DNA of 64,000 nucleotides from Hadesarchaea archaeon (GCA_029259175.1 JAPDJH010000002.1:1-64000); one strand, 5' to 3'; counted from the first letter of the stretch, positions 18,513-28,389 are shown. Made by a program: numbers and translations. Notes: a model not told the origin generated them from the sequence alone.

Positions 18513-21141
18513 TAGCTACCAGCGCGATAGCAACCGATATGCAGGCTACAACAACTAAGATGCCAACCAGCGAGGCTGGAGCGCTATACGGACTTGGCAC
18601 GATGGATTGGCCGCTCACGGCGAACACTGAAAGCCCGGACGAGTTAGCTGAGTAAAAAACGTAGTCAGCGTCCTCTCCTATTCTCTCGGTCGGCAGGGGC
18701 ACCCACCCTCCGGCGCTGTAGCGGTTCAGCGTTATCATGGTGTCATCAATGTTGTTCACTTCGATCCACGACCGTTCGACCCCGAACTGAAGTTCGACAG
18801 CACTCAAGTCATTGTCCGTGATGTTCTCCTTCACGACGTTCAAGTACTTGTAAACGACGCCTTCGGTGATTGCCGGCACTTGACTTGGCACTTCAATTAG
18901 CTCCTGCACTTTTATACCTAAGCTGGTTATTTCTCTAGCAGCTTTGAGTACAATTTTATTTATCGTCATGTTCTCAAACTCTATGTTCTCTTGGGCCCCC
19001 TCCGCCACGGCAGCGATTTCTATCAAAGGTGACTCCGCCGCCACAGCATTTGGTGATACAAAAAGGTTAACGCTCAGCACATAGCTGCATGTGCGCTCGC
19101 TCTCACCGACAACCCCTTTAACAGTTATTGTATAGTCACCAACGGGCACGTTCTCACCAACGCTTATCGTCATCGCCGAGTTAAAGGGAACTCTCCCCTC
19201 ATCTGATTCAAAGCTTACCCAAACGCCCGAGGGCAAACCACTCGCGGTCAGGCGCACGAGGTTATCAAAACCTCCGCTTGCCGTGAGGGTGACCATCGCG
19301 GTCGTTGAACCCCCTTGGTGTATGGTAGCCCTCGACGGCTCTATCGAGATGCTGAAGTCCGGGATTGGCTTGGCGCCGGTGATGCTAAGCAAGTAGGTGG
19401 CAGTTCTTACTTTCCCATCACCTCCGGTGCCAGTAACTGTTATTGTGTACTCGCCGCTGGGCACGTTCTCGCCAACGCTTATCGTCATCGTTGAGTTGAA
19501 GCTAGGTACGCCTGCTGCCTGCGATAAATAGACGGTAACTCCCGAAGGCTGACCGCTTACACTCAGATTCACAACGTACCCATAACCCCCGGTACCACTT
19601 ACCGCAACGGAAGCGGTGCTAGAACCTCCAGCTGGAATCGAACCGCTTAGCGGACGAACTGAAACAGTGAAATCCGGGGACGGCTGCGGTGACGGCTGTT
19701 CCTTTTCCGCGACATCCGGTCCGCTGTAGCTTCCGCTCCCCGGTAGCCTCGCGGTATAAACGCCATCACTGGCCTCAAAGTAATAGGTGTGGTTGTCCCC
19801 AACATCCGCGGAGGTGGGCGTCCACGAGTAACGGTACACGGCGCCACCCGCATAGGTTCCGCTCACGTAGCTCATGCTCTTGGCCGAGCCGTCGATGTAG
19901 ACCTTGACATAAGACGGTGCATCGCCGTCCGCATCGGTGTAAATCACTTCGTAGGTGAAGGTAGCACCGGCTTGACCTGAGGTTGGGGATAGGCCCCTCG
20001 AGCTCAGGGTTGGCGGAGTATTTCCGAATAGGTAAACTTTGGAGTCCCAGCTTCCGGCGGCGATGGTGTCTCCGTTAGATGAAACTGAAACTGAGTAAAC
20101 CTGACCGCCAGTTGGGTAGCTCCAGAGAAAGGTGCCGGAGGTGCGGCTGAATAGGTAGACCCTTCCATCTTTACTTCCCGCTGCCACGATAGAACCATTT
20201 TCAGAGATATCAACCGACCAAACACCGCCGCCGGTCGCATGACTCCAGAGCGGAGCATTATCAGAGCGCGAGAAGAGGTAGACCTTGTGGTCGTCGCTCC
20301 CAGCTGCTATGTACAAGCCGTCGGAGGAGATCGTGATGGACTCAACGTAACCTCCGGTCGCGTAACTCCAGAGGGGGGTGCTGGAGTCGCGGGAGAAGAG
20401 GTAGATTTTGCCACCAGCGTTGCCAGCAGCCACGTCCGAGCCGTCCCCCGAAATGGCAACCGATGAAACCGTGTTGCCGGTCGCGTAACTCCAGAGGGGG
20501 GTGCTACTCTCCCAGCTGAATAGGTAGACCTTGCCGTCGTCGCTACCCGCAGCTATGTACGAGCCGTCTTCGGAAATCGCGACCGATAAAACCTTGCCGC
20601 CCGTTTTGTAGCTCCAGAGGGGGGTGCTGGAGTCGCGGGAGAAGAGGTAGATGTTCTCGTCCCAGCTTCCTGCAACTATGTACGAGCCGTCTTCAGAAAT
20701 CGCGACCGACTCCACCCAGCCCTGGGTTTGGTAGCTCCAGAGGAGGGTGCCGTTGTTGTCAAAGAGGTGAACTTTGTAGTCGTCCGCGCCCCCGGTGACG
20801 ACGTACGAGCCATTTTCCGAAACGGCAACCGACAGGATCATGCTATCCGTCGCGTAGGACCAGAGCGGAGCATTATCAGAGCGCGAGAAGAGGTAGACCT
20901 TGTGGTCGTCGCTCCCAGCTGCTATATATGACCCATCTGGGGAGACGGAGACCGATTCAATCCAACCTCCGGCCGTGAAACTCCAGAGGGGATGCTTCTC
21001 GAACCCGGGTGAAGACGCCGAAACGACCCAACAACCCACCGCACTAAACAACAAGATCAAGGCACAGGCGATTAAAAAAATGACCATGCATCTAGACACT
21101 TTGAACCTCTCGCAAGCTCCGACCATCGTTATCGTAACCAC
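18493..21141 (-). CDS. WD40/PQQ beta-propeller plus Ig-like repeats plus PGF-pre-PGF domain, C-terminally anchored (start may be 21087)
   Basis: About 8 repeats of SVAISxDGSYIAAGSxDxKVYLF..PLWSY; two PDFxxS Ig modules; VYKY...FGVERSWIE...GLSVFAV; TM tail. Confidence 0.9.
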   Translation of the reverse strand: MVTITMVGACERFKVSRCMVIFLIACALILLFSAVGCWVVSASSPGFEKHPLWSFTAGGWIESVSVSPDGSYIAAGSDDHKVYLFSRSDNAPLWSYATDSMILSVAVSENGSYVVTGGADDYKVHLFDNNGTLLWSYQTQGWVESVAISEDGSYIVAGSWDENIYLFSRDSSTPLWSYKTGGKVLSVAISEDGSYIAAGSDDGKVYLFSWESSTPLWSYATGNTVSSVAISGDGSDVAAGNAGGKIYLFSRDSSTPLWSYATGGYVESITISSDGLYIAAGSDDHKVYLFSRSDNAPLWSHATGGGVWSVDISENGSIVAAGSKDGRVYLFSRTSGTFLWSYPTGGQVYSVSVSSNGDTIAAGSWDSKVYLFGNTPPTLSSRGLSPTSGQAGATFTYEVIYTDADGDAPSYVKVYIDGSAKSMSYVSGTYAGGAVYRYSWTPTSADVGDNHTYYFEASDGVYTARLPGSGSYSGPDVAEKEQPSPQPSPDFTVSVRPLSGSIPAGGSSTASVAVSGTGGYGYVVNLSVSGQPSGVTVYLSQAAGVPSFNSTMTISVGENVPSGEYTITVTGTGGDGKVRTATYLLSITGAKPIPDFSISIEPSRATIHQGGSTTAMVTLTASGGFDNLVRLTASGLPSGVWVSFESDEGRVPFNSAMTISVGENVPVGDYTITVKGVVGESERTCSYVLSVNLFVSPNAVAAESPLIEIAAVAEGAQENIEFENMTINKIVLKAAREITSLGIKVQELIEVPSQVPAITEGVVYKYLNVVKENITDNDLSAVELQFGVERSWIEVNNIDDTMITLNRYSAGGWVPLPTERIGEDADYVFYSANSSGLSVFAVSGQSIVPSPYSAPASLVGILVVVACISVAIALVAIRKLKV

Positions 21142-21244
21142 GATCCCACCGTTGTTGTTTCAACACCCACATCCTAAAGTTTTTCCTGTACGTATTTAGC
21201 TCTTTGTCCCAGCCGATGTGAGCAACCGGGTGTGGGACAAAATT

Positions 21245-22134
21245 TGCTTCACCCAGCCAGAATAAATTATGCCAGACCACCGTGCACAGATTAGCCGTGT
21301 CTATCCGATCCATTCTCCGCTGCGCCACGCGTTACCCGAACCTGCGCTCGGTCCCCGCATGGTCGCATTGCTCTTCGGAATCAAGTAGAAGAGTAATTCC
21401 CCGAATTTCTGTTCCAGATCCTAGACGCATGCCTGCGTGCTGTACAGGCGGTCGAGGCGCATGCTCTCGATCTCTATTCCGAGCTCGGACGAGCTCAACC
21501 GCCTTCCGGAACGCCTCCTCTTCGCTCTCGAATCCCGTCCCGTAGCCCACGTACATGCGCGTGTCCAGATCCAAGATGGTGAAGGTGAACACGAACCGTC
21601 TGCGCGTGCCACGCTTTCCCCGAACGCGCTGGATGAAGGTCGCGTAGTGCTCCTTCACCGACAGCGAGTATCCGGTACCGTCTCCGGCGCAGTGGGCACG
21701 TTTGACCCCTTTGCGCTCCAGCATCAGCGCGTGCATGTTGTACAGAACCAGGCGGACCTCTTGGTCCGAGTACAGGCGCTCCACGCTTTTGTAGCTCACC
21801 TGGATGCCTGAGAGGGCGCTGAAGAGGTGAGCATGAGGGACATCTCGCGGTTGCTTCGTCCAATCAGGTGCTTCAGGAGGAGCAGGGTCACGCGCTACTC
21901 GACACTCAAGGCGCGTTTCTGCTCACGCCCATTTTTGGACGGATGCTTGAGCACGGCGGCGATTTCCGCGATGAGCGGCCGGAACTCGGCCAGAGCCATC
22001 TGGACGCGCTTGGCCAAGCGCTGTTCGTAGGTTCTCCAGTCCCGCATCCGCTCGGGCGCGAGTTGTTTGTACTCCTCAACGATTTCATCGAGAAGCCTGA
22101 CGGTTTCCCTGACATCTGTGGTGGTCAGCACCAT
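21245..22134 (-). pseudogene. ISNCY DDE transposase with in-frame stop and frameshifts
   Basis: RDWRTYEQRL, SYKSVERLYSD, GDGTGY, RLDRLYS spread over several frames. Confidence 0.85.
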
Positions 22135-22185
22135 AAGGGCCTTGAAAGGTATATAAGGTTTTCCATGGATATCCCTAATGGGAGA

Positions 22186-22380
22186 ATGGTTCTGAAACGT
22201 CGCTTGCTCGGTGGAAGTCGGGGGAGAAAGATAGAGATCCTGGAGGGGCGCATCGTTCTGACCGACGAGGTCGAAGTGTTCTTTGAAAAGCGAGTGACCC
22301 CGGTGGGGAACAGCGCGAAAGTCGATGCCCCGCGCCGGTACATTGGCAGGAGAGCCTACGTGATCATCCTGAAAGAGTAA
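22186..22380 (+). CDS. DUF2080 transposase-associated small protein
   Basis: EKRVTPVGNSAKVDAPRRYIGRRAYVII. Confidence 0.85.
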   Translation: MVLKRRLLGGSRGRKIEILEGRIVLTDEVEVFFEKRVTPVGNSAKVDAPRRYIGRRAYVIILKE

Positions 22381-22483
22381 TCATAGGATTTTGTCCCACA
22401 CCTCCGTCTCCCCTAAAACTTTTGACACACGTTTTTAACCATAACTTGAAAAATAAATACACAAGGAAGAATGGAGGGAGAAT

Positions 22484-23374
22484 GTGAAACAGATTGGGGA
22501 AGCTGATAGAGCAAAAATTACGGTGCTGGTTGAGGATTACGCTGGGTATGGGGGGTCGCTCTGGGCTGAACACGGTGTCTCGTTTTTGGTGGAGGTCGTG
22601 GCCGGGAAAACCTCCAAAACCATTTTGTTCGATACGAGCCAGTCCTCGGCTCTAGTCTCCCACAACATGGAAATGCTGGGGATAGAGCCGAAATCGGTGG
22701 ATCTCATCTTCCTGTCCCACTGTCACTACGATCACACCGGAGGCTTGGTTGGAATGCTGAAGAAGATAAAAAAGAGGGAGATCCCGATCATTGCTCATCC
22801 GAAGTTGTTCAGGCCCAGCTTTGCTTTAAAACCCCGCCGCAGGTGGATAGGGATGACCAAGAAAAACACCAAGGCGAACATAAAGAGGAATGGCGGACTA
22901 CTGAAACTGACGGATGAACCACTTGAGCTAATGACGGGAGTGCTCTCCACCGGGGAGATAAAAAGAACAACTGATTTCGAGAGAAGAGTCACCGTGGGGA
23001 GCTACACTATCGAGAAAGGGAAAACCGTAAAGGATCCGATGAAAGACGACATGTCCTTGGTGGTCAACATCAGAGATAAGGGTCTCTTCATAATCACTGG
23101 ATGCTCGCATGCCGGGATCGTGAACATAGTCAAGCACTCGATGGCGGTGAGCGGTATAAAAAAGGTCAAGGCTGTGATTGGCGGCTTACACTTGATAGAC
23201 GCAAGCGACGATAGGATCAAGAAAACGGTGAAAAGTTTGAGGGGACTCGGAGTTGAAAAGGTCTACGCGGGGCACTGCACGGGGTTCAAAGCGGAGATGG
23301 AGCTTTTCAAAGAGTTCGGGAATAACTTCCAAAAACTCCGATGTGGAAAAGTGATCGACTCGGATGAAATTTGA
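22484..23374 (+). CDS. MBL-fold metallo-hydrolase (COG1237)
   Basis: EHGVS, FDT, SHCHYDHTGG, GCSHAG, GGLH, GHCTG. Confidence 0.92.
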   Translation: MKQIGEADRAKITVLVEDYAGYGGSLWAEHGVSFLVEVVAGKTSKTILFDTSQSSALVSHNMEMLGIEPKSVDLIFLSHCHYDHTGGLVGMLKKIKKREIPIIAHPKLFRPSFALKPRRRWIGMTKKNTKANIKRNGGLLKLTDEPLELMTGVLSTGEIKRTTDFERRVTVGSYTIEKGKTVKDPMKDDMSLVVNIRDKGLFIITGCSHAGIVNIVKHSMAVSGIKKVKAVIGGLHLIDASDDRIKKTVKSLRGLGVEKVYAGHCTGFKAEMELFKEFGNNFQKLRCGKVIDSDEI

Positions 23375-23399
23375 ATTAAGAGGGCAGTGCCTCGATTTT

Positions 23400-23978
23400 T
23401 CAAACCGAATCGAGCAACTTTCTCAGCGTTTTATAATTTTCAACCATCTTCTCTTCGAGCGAGCTGTGGTAAAGCAGCGCTGCTGGGTGGCCCAAAGGAA
23501 CGATTTTTTTGAAACCGACCGAGAAAACTTTGCCGCAAACCTTTGGGAAGTCCAGCTTGTCTTCAATTCCAAATTTCTTGAAAATGTATCTGGCAGGAAA
23601 GTAGCCCAAGGTGGCCACGATGGTTGGGTTTACAAGGTCTAGCTCTCTGTCCAGATAGCGGGCGCAGGTTTCGATCTCGTCGGGGCGGGGTTTTCGGTTG
23701 TGGGGGAGGACACACTTGACGAGGTTTGTCATGAATATTTCATCTCTTGAGATGGAGGCCTTCTCGAACAGCCTGTCCAGCTTCTTTCCAGAGGGACCCA
23801 CAAACATCCTTCCCTCCCGGTCTTCGGTGTAGCCGGGAGCCTGCGCGATGATCATCAATTTTGAAGAGAGGCTACCCTCGCCGGGAAGCGCGTGCGTTCT
23901 GGTTTTCCACAACCTGCATTTTTTGCAATTCCTGATTTCCCAGCTCAGTTTTCTGAATTCATTTATTTTTTCATCCAT
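23400..23978 (-). CDS. udg: Uracil-DNA glycosylase, family 4 (Fe-S)
   Basis: CKKCRL, QAPG, MFVGPSG, TNLVKC, HPAA. Confidence 0.9.
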   Translation of the reverse strand: MDEKINEFRKLSWEIRNCKKCRLWKTRTHALPGEGSLSSKLMIIAQAPGYTEDREGRMFVGPSGKKLDRLFEKASISRDEIFMTNLVKCVLPHNRKPRPDEIETCARYLDRELDLVNPTIVATLGYFPARYIFKKFGIEDKLDFPKVCGKVFSVGFKKIVPLGHPAALLYHSSLEEKMVENYKTLRKLLDSV

Positions 23979-24052
23979 CTTTCATCCACCAGTTGGTCGG
24001 AAAAAGCCCCATTAAGTTTTAACGTTCCTCTTTGCTAGCTTCCTAGGGGCGC

Positions 24053-24253
24053 ATGGCTCGCAAGATCTGCAAATGGTACGAGGTCTGCCCGATGAAGAGA
24101 TTTTACGATGAAGGGAAGTTGGAGGAAAAATGGATTGAGTGTTACTGCAAGGGCGATTACAAAAGTTGCGTGCGTTACCAGATGGAGGAGAGAGGAGAGC
24201 CCCATCCCGACAACATGCTGCCGAATGGTGAAATAAGGGAAGATTTAAAGTAA
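24053..24253 (+). CDS. Small Cys-rich protein
   Basis: CKWYEVCP...YCKGDYKSCVRY...PDNMLPNG. Confidence 0.75.
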   Translation: MARKICKWYEVCPMKRFYDEGKLEEKWIECYCKGDYKSCVRYQMEERGEPHPDNMLPNGEIREDLK

Positions 24254-24375
24254 GTGCTCGCTATTGCAAGATATCAAGTTTTTAAAGTATCAGAGGAATG
24301 AAGGGTTGAGGACTTGAAGGTCATGCAAGAAATCGTATTGAAGAAGGAAAGAGTTCTTTTAGTGGGAGCGGAATT

Positions 24376-25311
24376 ATGAAAGCCTATGGGCCGGTTCCGT
24401 CTAGGCGTCTGGGGCGCAGTTTGGGAATAAACAATATCCCTCCCAAGATATGTACCTATTCTTGTGCTTATTGTCAGCTCGGGAGAACAATAAGAATGCA
24501 GTTCGATCGTCAGGAGTTCTACAAAGTTGAGGATATAGTCTCGGATGTCAAGGAAAAGGTGAAGAAAGCTAGGCAAAAAAAGGAAACCATTGATTACCTT
24601 AGTTTCGTGCCTGACGGAGAACCGACTTTGGATCTCGGTCTGGGAAAGGAAATTGATCTCCTGAAACCTTTAGGAATTAAAATCGCTGTGCTTACAAATG
24701 CATCACTTCTGTGGCGCGAAGATGTAAGAGACGATTTGTTAAAGGCCGACTGGGTTTCACTAAAAATAGATGCTCTGAGCGAAAAAATTTGGCGGAAGCT
24801 TGACAGGCCTCACAGATTCCTGAAATTCGAGACAATTTTAGAAGGCATGGACGATTTTGCCAACACTTTCAAAGGAACGCTAGCGACCGAAACGATGCTT
24901 ATTCGGAATGTCAACGATGACGAGGAAGAAATCAGAAAAATAGCTGATTTCTTGGCAGAGTTAAAACCGGATGAGGCTTATATTGCTATCCCCACTAGGC
25001 CGCCGGCGGAAAAGTGGGCCGAGCCAGCGAGTGAGCAGAGCATCAACATGGCTTATCAAATCTTCAGCGAGAAGCTACGCAGAGTGGAGTATCTAATCGG
25101 CTACGAAGGAAACGCCTTTGCGTTCACTGGAAATGTCGAAAACGATTTGCTTAGCATCACGGCAGTTCACCCGATGAGAGAAGAAGGCGTTAATGAGTTT
25201 TTGTCAAAGGCCAACTCCTCGTGGGATGTTATTGAGAAGTTAGTTAAAGAGGGCAAACTCGTAGAAACGGAGTACCGAGGAAAAAAATTCTATATGAGAA
25301 AGCTATCGTAA
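24376..25311 (+). CDS. Radical SAM protein (COG0731-type)
   Basis: YGPVPSRRLGRSLG, CTYSCAYC, GEPTL. Confidence 0.92.
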   Translation: MKAYGPVPSRRLGRSLGINNIPPKICTYSCAYCQLGRTIRMQFDRQEFYKVEDIVSDVKEKVKKARQKKETIDYLSFVPDGEPTLDLGLGKEIDLLKPLGIKIAVLTNASLLWREDVRDDLLKADWVSLKIDALSEKIWRKLDRPHRFLKFETILEGMDDFANTFKGTLATETMLIRNVNDDEEEIRKIADFLAELKPDEAYIAIPTRPPAEKWAEPASEQSINMAYQIFSEKLRRVEYLIGYEGNAFAFTGNVENDLLSITAVHPMREEGVNEFLSKANSSWDVIEKLVKEGKLVETEYRGKKFYMRKLS

Positions 25312-25346
25312 ATGGTTAAGCACGGGCACGACTCGATATGAAATCT

Positions 25347-25715
25347 TCAATTAGCTAAATCCTCTTTCAACTTTTCAAGCTCTTGCAAGGTTTTTTCTGC
25401 AATGATTTTCTCGTTATTGAAATGTTTTATCATCCTTGCCAAACATTTCTTTTTTTCTTCGATATTACCTAGATACTTTGCACAGGCTTCCATGAATTCC
25501 TTTGTTCTTTCGACATTGGATTTTACAATTTCAGGTATTTTTTCGCTGTCATGCCTGACCGCCTGTTGCGGACAAACTTCGTGGCATACACCACAGCGGA
25601 TACACCCCTCCATGTTTATTCTTGCCTTACCGCTTTCCATCGATATCGCGTTCACTGGACACTTCTCCGCACATATTCCACAGCCGACGCATCTATCCTC
25701 ATCAATCCATGGCGT
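25347..25715 (-). CDS. 2x[4Fe-4S] ferredoxin-like protein with helical C-terminal extension; apparent ACG start
   Basis: (T/M)PWIDEDRCVGCGICAEKCP...CIRCGVCHEVCP; RBS GGAGGT upstream of ACG. Confidence 0.8.
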   Translation of the reverse strand, partial: TPWIDEDRCVGCGICAEKCPVNAISMESGKARINMEGCIRCGVCHEVCPQQAVRHDSEKIPEIVKSNVERTKEFMEACAKYLGNIEEKKKCLARMIKHFNNEKIIAEKTLQELEKLKEDLAN

Positions 25716-26008
25716 CTTAAGACCTCCTTCTAAAAAGTCTCTCCAATCAATTATAAGTAGTTTGGGCTACGTGGCCACACATGTCCATTGAAAAGGGGAA
25801 GCTAAAACAAATGATTGTGTGATATCGTCGATGGTTCTCGCTCATGAGTTTCGTTTGGGACTTCGTGAAGCTGTAAATGAGATCCAACCCACAAGCATTC
25901 AGAAATCAGAGGTCATCGTCCACCAGCCTCAAACGACGAGCGAGGTTGGTAGACAAAAACCCTTCCACATGTGACCGCACGGTGTCAGAAGCAAATAACC
26001 TTCATTCT

Positions 26009-26407
26009 CTATTTCTCAGCGGTCTGACTCAACTTGCTTGGCCCGTAAATCGCAAGTGATTTGTCATAGAAAGAGAGCATTGCCTCGGGAGTCATCGTAA
26101 GCGCTTTCGTTGGACACCTCTCAACACACAATCCACAAAAACAACATTTTCCCAAATGGATCTGGGGATATGTTTTGCCGTTAAATTTCACCATTTCGAT
26201 AGCATTATTGGGGCAGACTCTCGAACACATTCCACAGCCCACACATTTTTCTAAATTTAAGAAATGTCTTCCTCTATAGTCCTTTACGGGTTCTAAAGAT
26301 TCGCTAGGAAATTTCAGAGTCATCGGCTTTTTAAAGAGTATTCTAAAAATCACTTTGGCAGGTTTAATCAAACCCATGACGGACTTCAACAAATTCATTT
26401 CGATCAC
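26009..26407 (-). CDS. NuoI/MbxN-like 2x[4Fe-4S] subunit
   Basis: TLKFP, YRGRH, CVGCGMCSRVCP, CCFCGLCVERCP. Confidence 0.9.
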   Translation of the reverse strand: MIEMNLLKSVMGLIKPAKVIFRILFKKPMTLKFPSESLEPVKDYRGRHFLNLEKCVGCGMCSRVCPNNAIEMVKFNGKTYPQIHLGKCCFCGLCVERCPTKALTMTPEAMLSFYDKSLAIYGPSKLSQTAEK

Positions 26408-27957
26408 CTATCCATATCGCTCGGGCAGGGATCTAAACTCCAGTATATTGCGGGAATGTCAGCCACTTGGGCCCCCTTGGCCAAGTATGAAAATGTCATT
26501 AATGTGTGAGAAAAACTCGGTCCCCGCACCTTTACTCGATATGGTTTGTCAGTTTCGTTGCCCACCATGTAAAAGCATGCCTCTCCCCTTGCAGCCTCGA
26601 GGCAAAAACGGGCGTCTCTTTTTGGGATCTTGCGCGGAAGCTGTTTTCTCGTTTCTCCCTTGGGTATTTTTTCCAACAATTGTTTAATGATCGAAATGCT
26701 TTCAGCGATCTCCCCTCTTCTGCACAAAACTCTGGCGTAGGAGTCCCCTTTCGTTTGTGTCACAATTTCAAAATCGACTTCCGGATATGCCTCGTAGGGT
26801 TCATCTTTTCTTATATCGGACTTTACTCCGCTTGCTCTCAGGTTGGGACCCGTAGTGCCCAGCTCTACGGCTTTTTTGGCGTCGAGTACACCCACACCTT
26901 CCGTTCTTTTGATGACCGTGGCATTTTTGAAAAACAAATCATCATAAAAAACCAGTTTCTTTTGCAAATGGTTGAGCACTCTCGAAATTTTTTCTTCAAA
27001 TCCTTCAGGGAAATCCCTTCTCACACCCCCAGGAACAAAATGGCATGGATAAATTCTTCCTCCGGATGCGATCTCGATCAAACGGATAATTTTTTCCCTG
27101 TCCCCCCAAGCGATTCTATTCGCGCTCTCAAAACCCAAAGCAAACGACATCATCCCTATCCAAGTTATGTGGCTCAGGATTCTTCCGAGCTCCGTCATGA
27201 TGGTCCGTATGAACTTCGCCCTTTCAGGTGCTTCGACTCCCGCAATCTTTTCAGCCACGTTAGCATATCCCAGTTCGTAGGAGTAGGGCTCTAGAACACA
27301 TATCCTGTCAACAAGCATGGCATTTTGTTCATGGGTTCTGTATTCCATTAGCTTCTCTATTCCCCGATGGAGGTATCCAGGGTATAGCATCAGCCCGGTC
27401 ACTTCTTCGCCCGCGCAGTCGATCAAAGCCCGAAAATGGCCCGAAGCTGGGTGTTGGGGACCAAAAGGCAAGAGAAAGCAGCCTCCCTCTTTTTGTTCGC
27501 TGCTGCTTTCATCATAATATTCTCTCTTCACGTATTCGCGCGTGTCGAAATCCTTTCTCAGCGGGGGAATTTCTTTCCAATCTTCGAGAAAAAGGGGAGA
27601 GGGATCCGGATGCTCTTCAAAATTTACTCCAAACAGTTCACATATTTCTCTTTCGTGTATCTGTGCTCCCTCCCATATATTAGAGACCGACTCTATCGAT
27701 GGCGATTCTCTTGGAAGCCTAATCTTGACAACCTTCCTACATTTTTTTGCGTGCGACCAGAGGTGATAAAGTATTTCAAACTCTCTTTCATCGGGATAAT
27801 CCACGCAAGTAACATCTGAAAGATGATCAAACCCAGCATCCTTGAGCTGAGATAAAACTTTGCGGAGCTCTTCTTTTTTTACTGAGATGGTTGCGTTTTC
27901 TAGGAGCGCTCGAGGCGTCGATCCCTGGAACCCGGGCTTCAATTCTTCGCTGTTCAT
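26404..27957 (-). CDS. Fused NuoC+NuoD-like (MbxK+MbxL-like) subunit
   Basis: HEREICELFGVNF..HP, PPLRKDF; FGPQHP, GYLHRGIEK, DRICVLE, SLDPCPSDMDR. Confidence 0.9.
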   Translation of the reverse strand: MNSEELKPGFQGSTPRALLENATISVKKEELRKVLSQLKDAGFDHLSDVTCVDYPDEREFEILYHLWSHAKKCRKVVKIRLPRESPSIESVSNIWEGAQIHEREICELFGVNFEEHPDPSPLFLEDWKEIPPLRKDFDTREYVKREYYDESSSEQKEGGCFLLPFGPQHPASGHFRALIDCAGEEVTGLMLYPGYLHRGIEKLMEYRTHEQNAMLVDRICVLEPYSYELGYANVAEKIAGVEAPERAKFIRTIMTELGRILSHITWIGMMSFALGFESANRIAWGDREKIIRLIEIASGGRIYPCHFVPGGVRRDFPEGFEEKISRVLNHLQKKLVFYDDLFFKNATVIKRTEGVGVLDAKKAVELGTTGPNLRASGVKSDIRKDEPYEAYPEVDFEIVTQTKGDSYARVLCRRGEIAESISIIKQLLEKIPKGETRKQLPRKIPKRDARFCLEAARGEACFYMVGNETDKPYRVKVRGPSFSHTLMTFSYLAKGAQVADIPAIYWSLDPCPSDMDR

Positions 27958-28389
27958 CTAGTGTCCCTCGAATCCATTTTCTATTTTCTTCATGAGCATG
28001 ACTAGCCCGTGACCTATGTTCTCAGGTTTTGGTGGGCATCCGGTGACCCAGACGTCCACCGGGATGTATTTATCTATGCGCTTGATTGTGGAATAAGAGT
28101 CCCAGTACATTCCTCCAGTCATGGGGCAACTCCCAAGGGCGAGAACATATTTGGGAGACGGCATTTGTTCGTAAATTCTCTTTATACGCGGAAGGGCTTT
28201 TTTTGTCACGTAACCAGCTATGATGAGCACGTCTGCATGCCGGGGGCTCCCCTTGGCCAATATCCCGAAGCGTTCCATGTCGTAACCTGATCCAACCCAA
28301 GGAAGCAGTTCTATGAATCCGCAAGCGGTGAAGTAATTGATAACCCAAAGCGAGCGAGCGCGCGTTTTGTGTTTTATACCCACGGGCAC
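27958..28389 (-). CDS. NuoB/MbxJ-like small subunit
   Basis: SLW...TACGFIE, YDMERFG, SPRHAD, GSC, GCPP. Confidence 0.9.
   Translation of the reverse strand: MPVGIKHKTRARSLWVINYFTACGFIELLPWVGSGYDMERFGILAKGSPRHADVLIIAGYVTKKALPRIKRIYEQMPSPKYVLALGSCPMTGGMYWDSYSTIKRIDKYIPVDVWVTGCPPKPENIGHGLVMLMKKIENGFEGH

Larger units (their letters stand above)
21229..22402. mobile_element. ISA1214-like (ISNCY) element, 1174 bp, with 15-bp TIRs
   Basis: GGTGTGGGACAAAAT (21229-21243) and ATTTTGTCCCACACC (22388-22402); divergent transposase and small DUF2080 ORF. Confidence 0.85.

Noticed and set aside
26404-27957. [NiFe]-hydrogenase large subunit
   Set aside because: Both CxxC motifs lack their second Cys and no maturation genes are nearby
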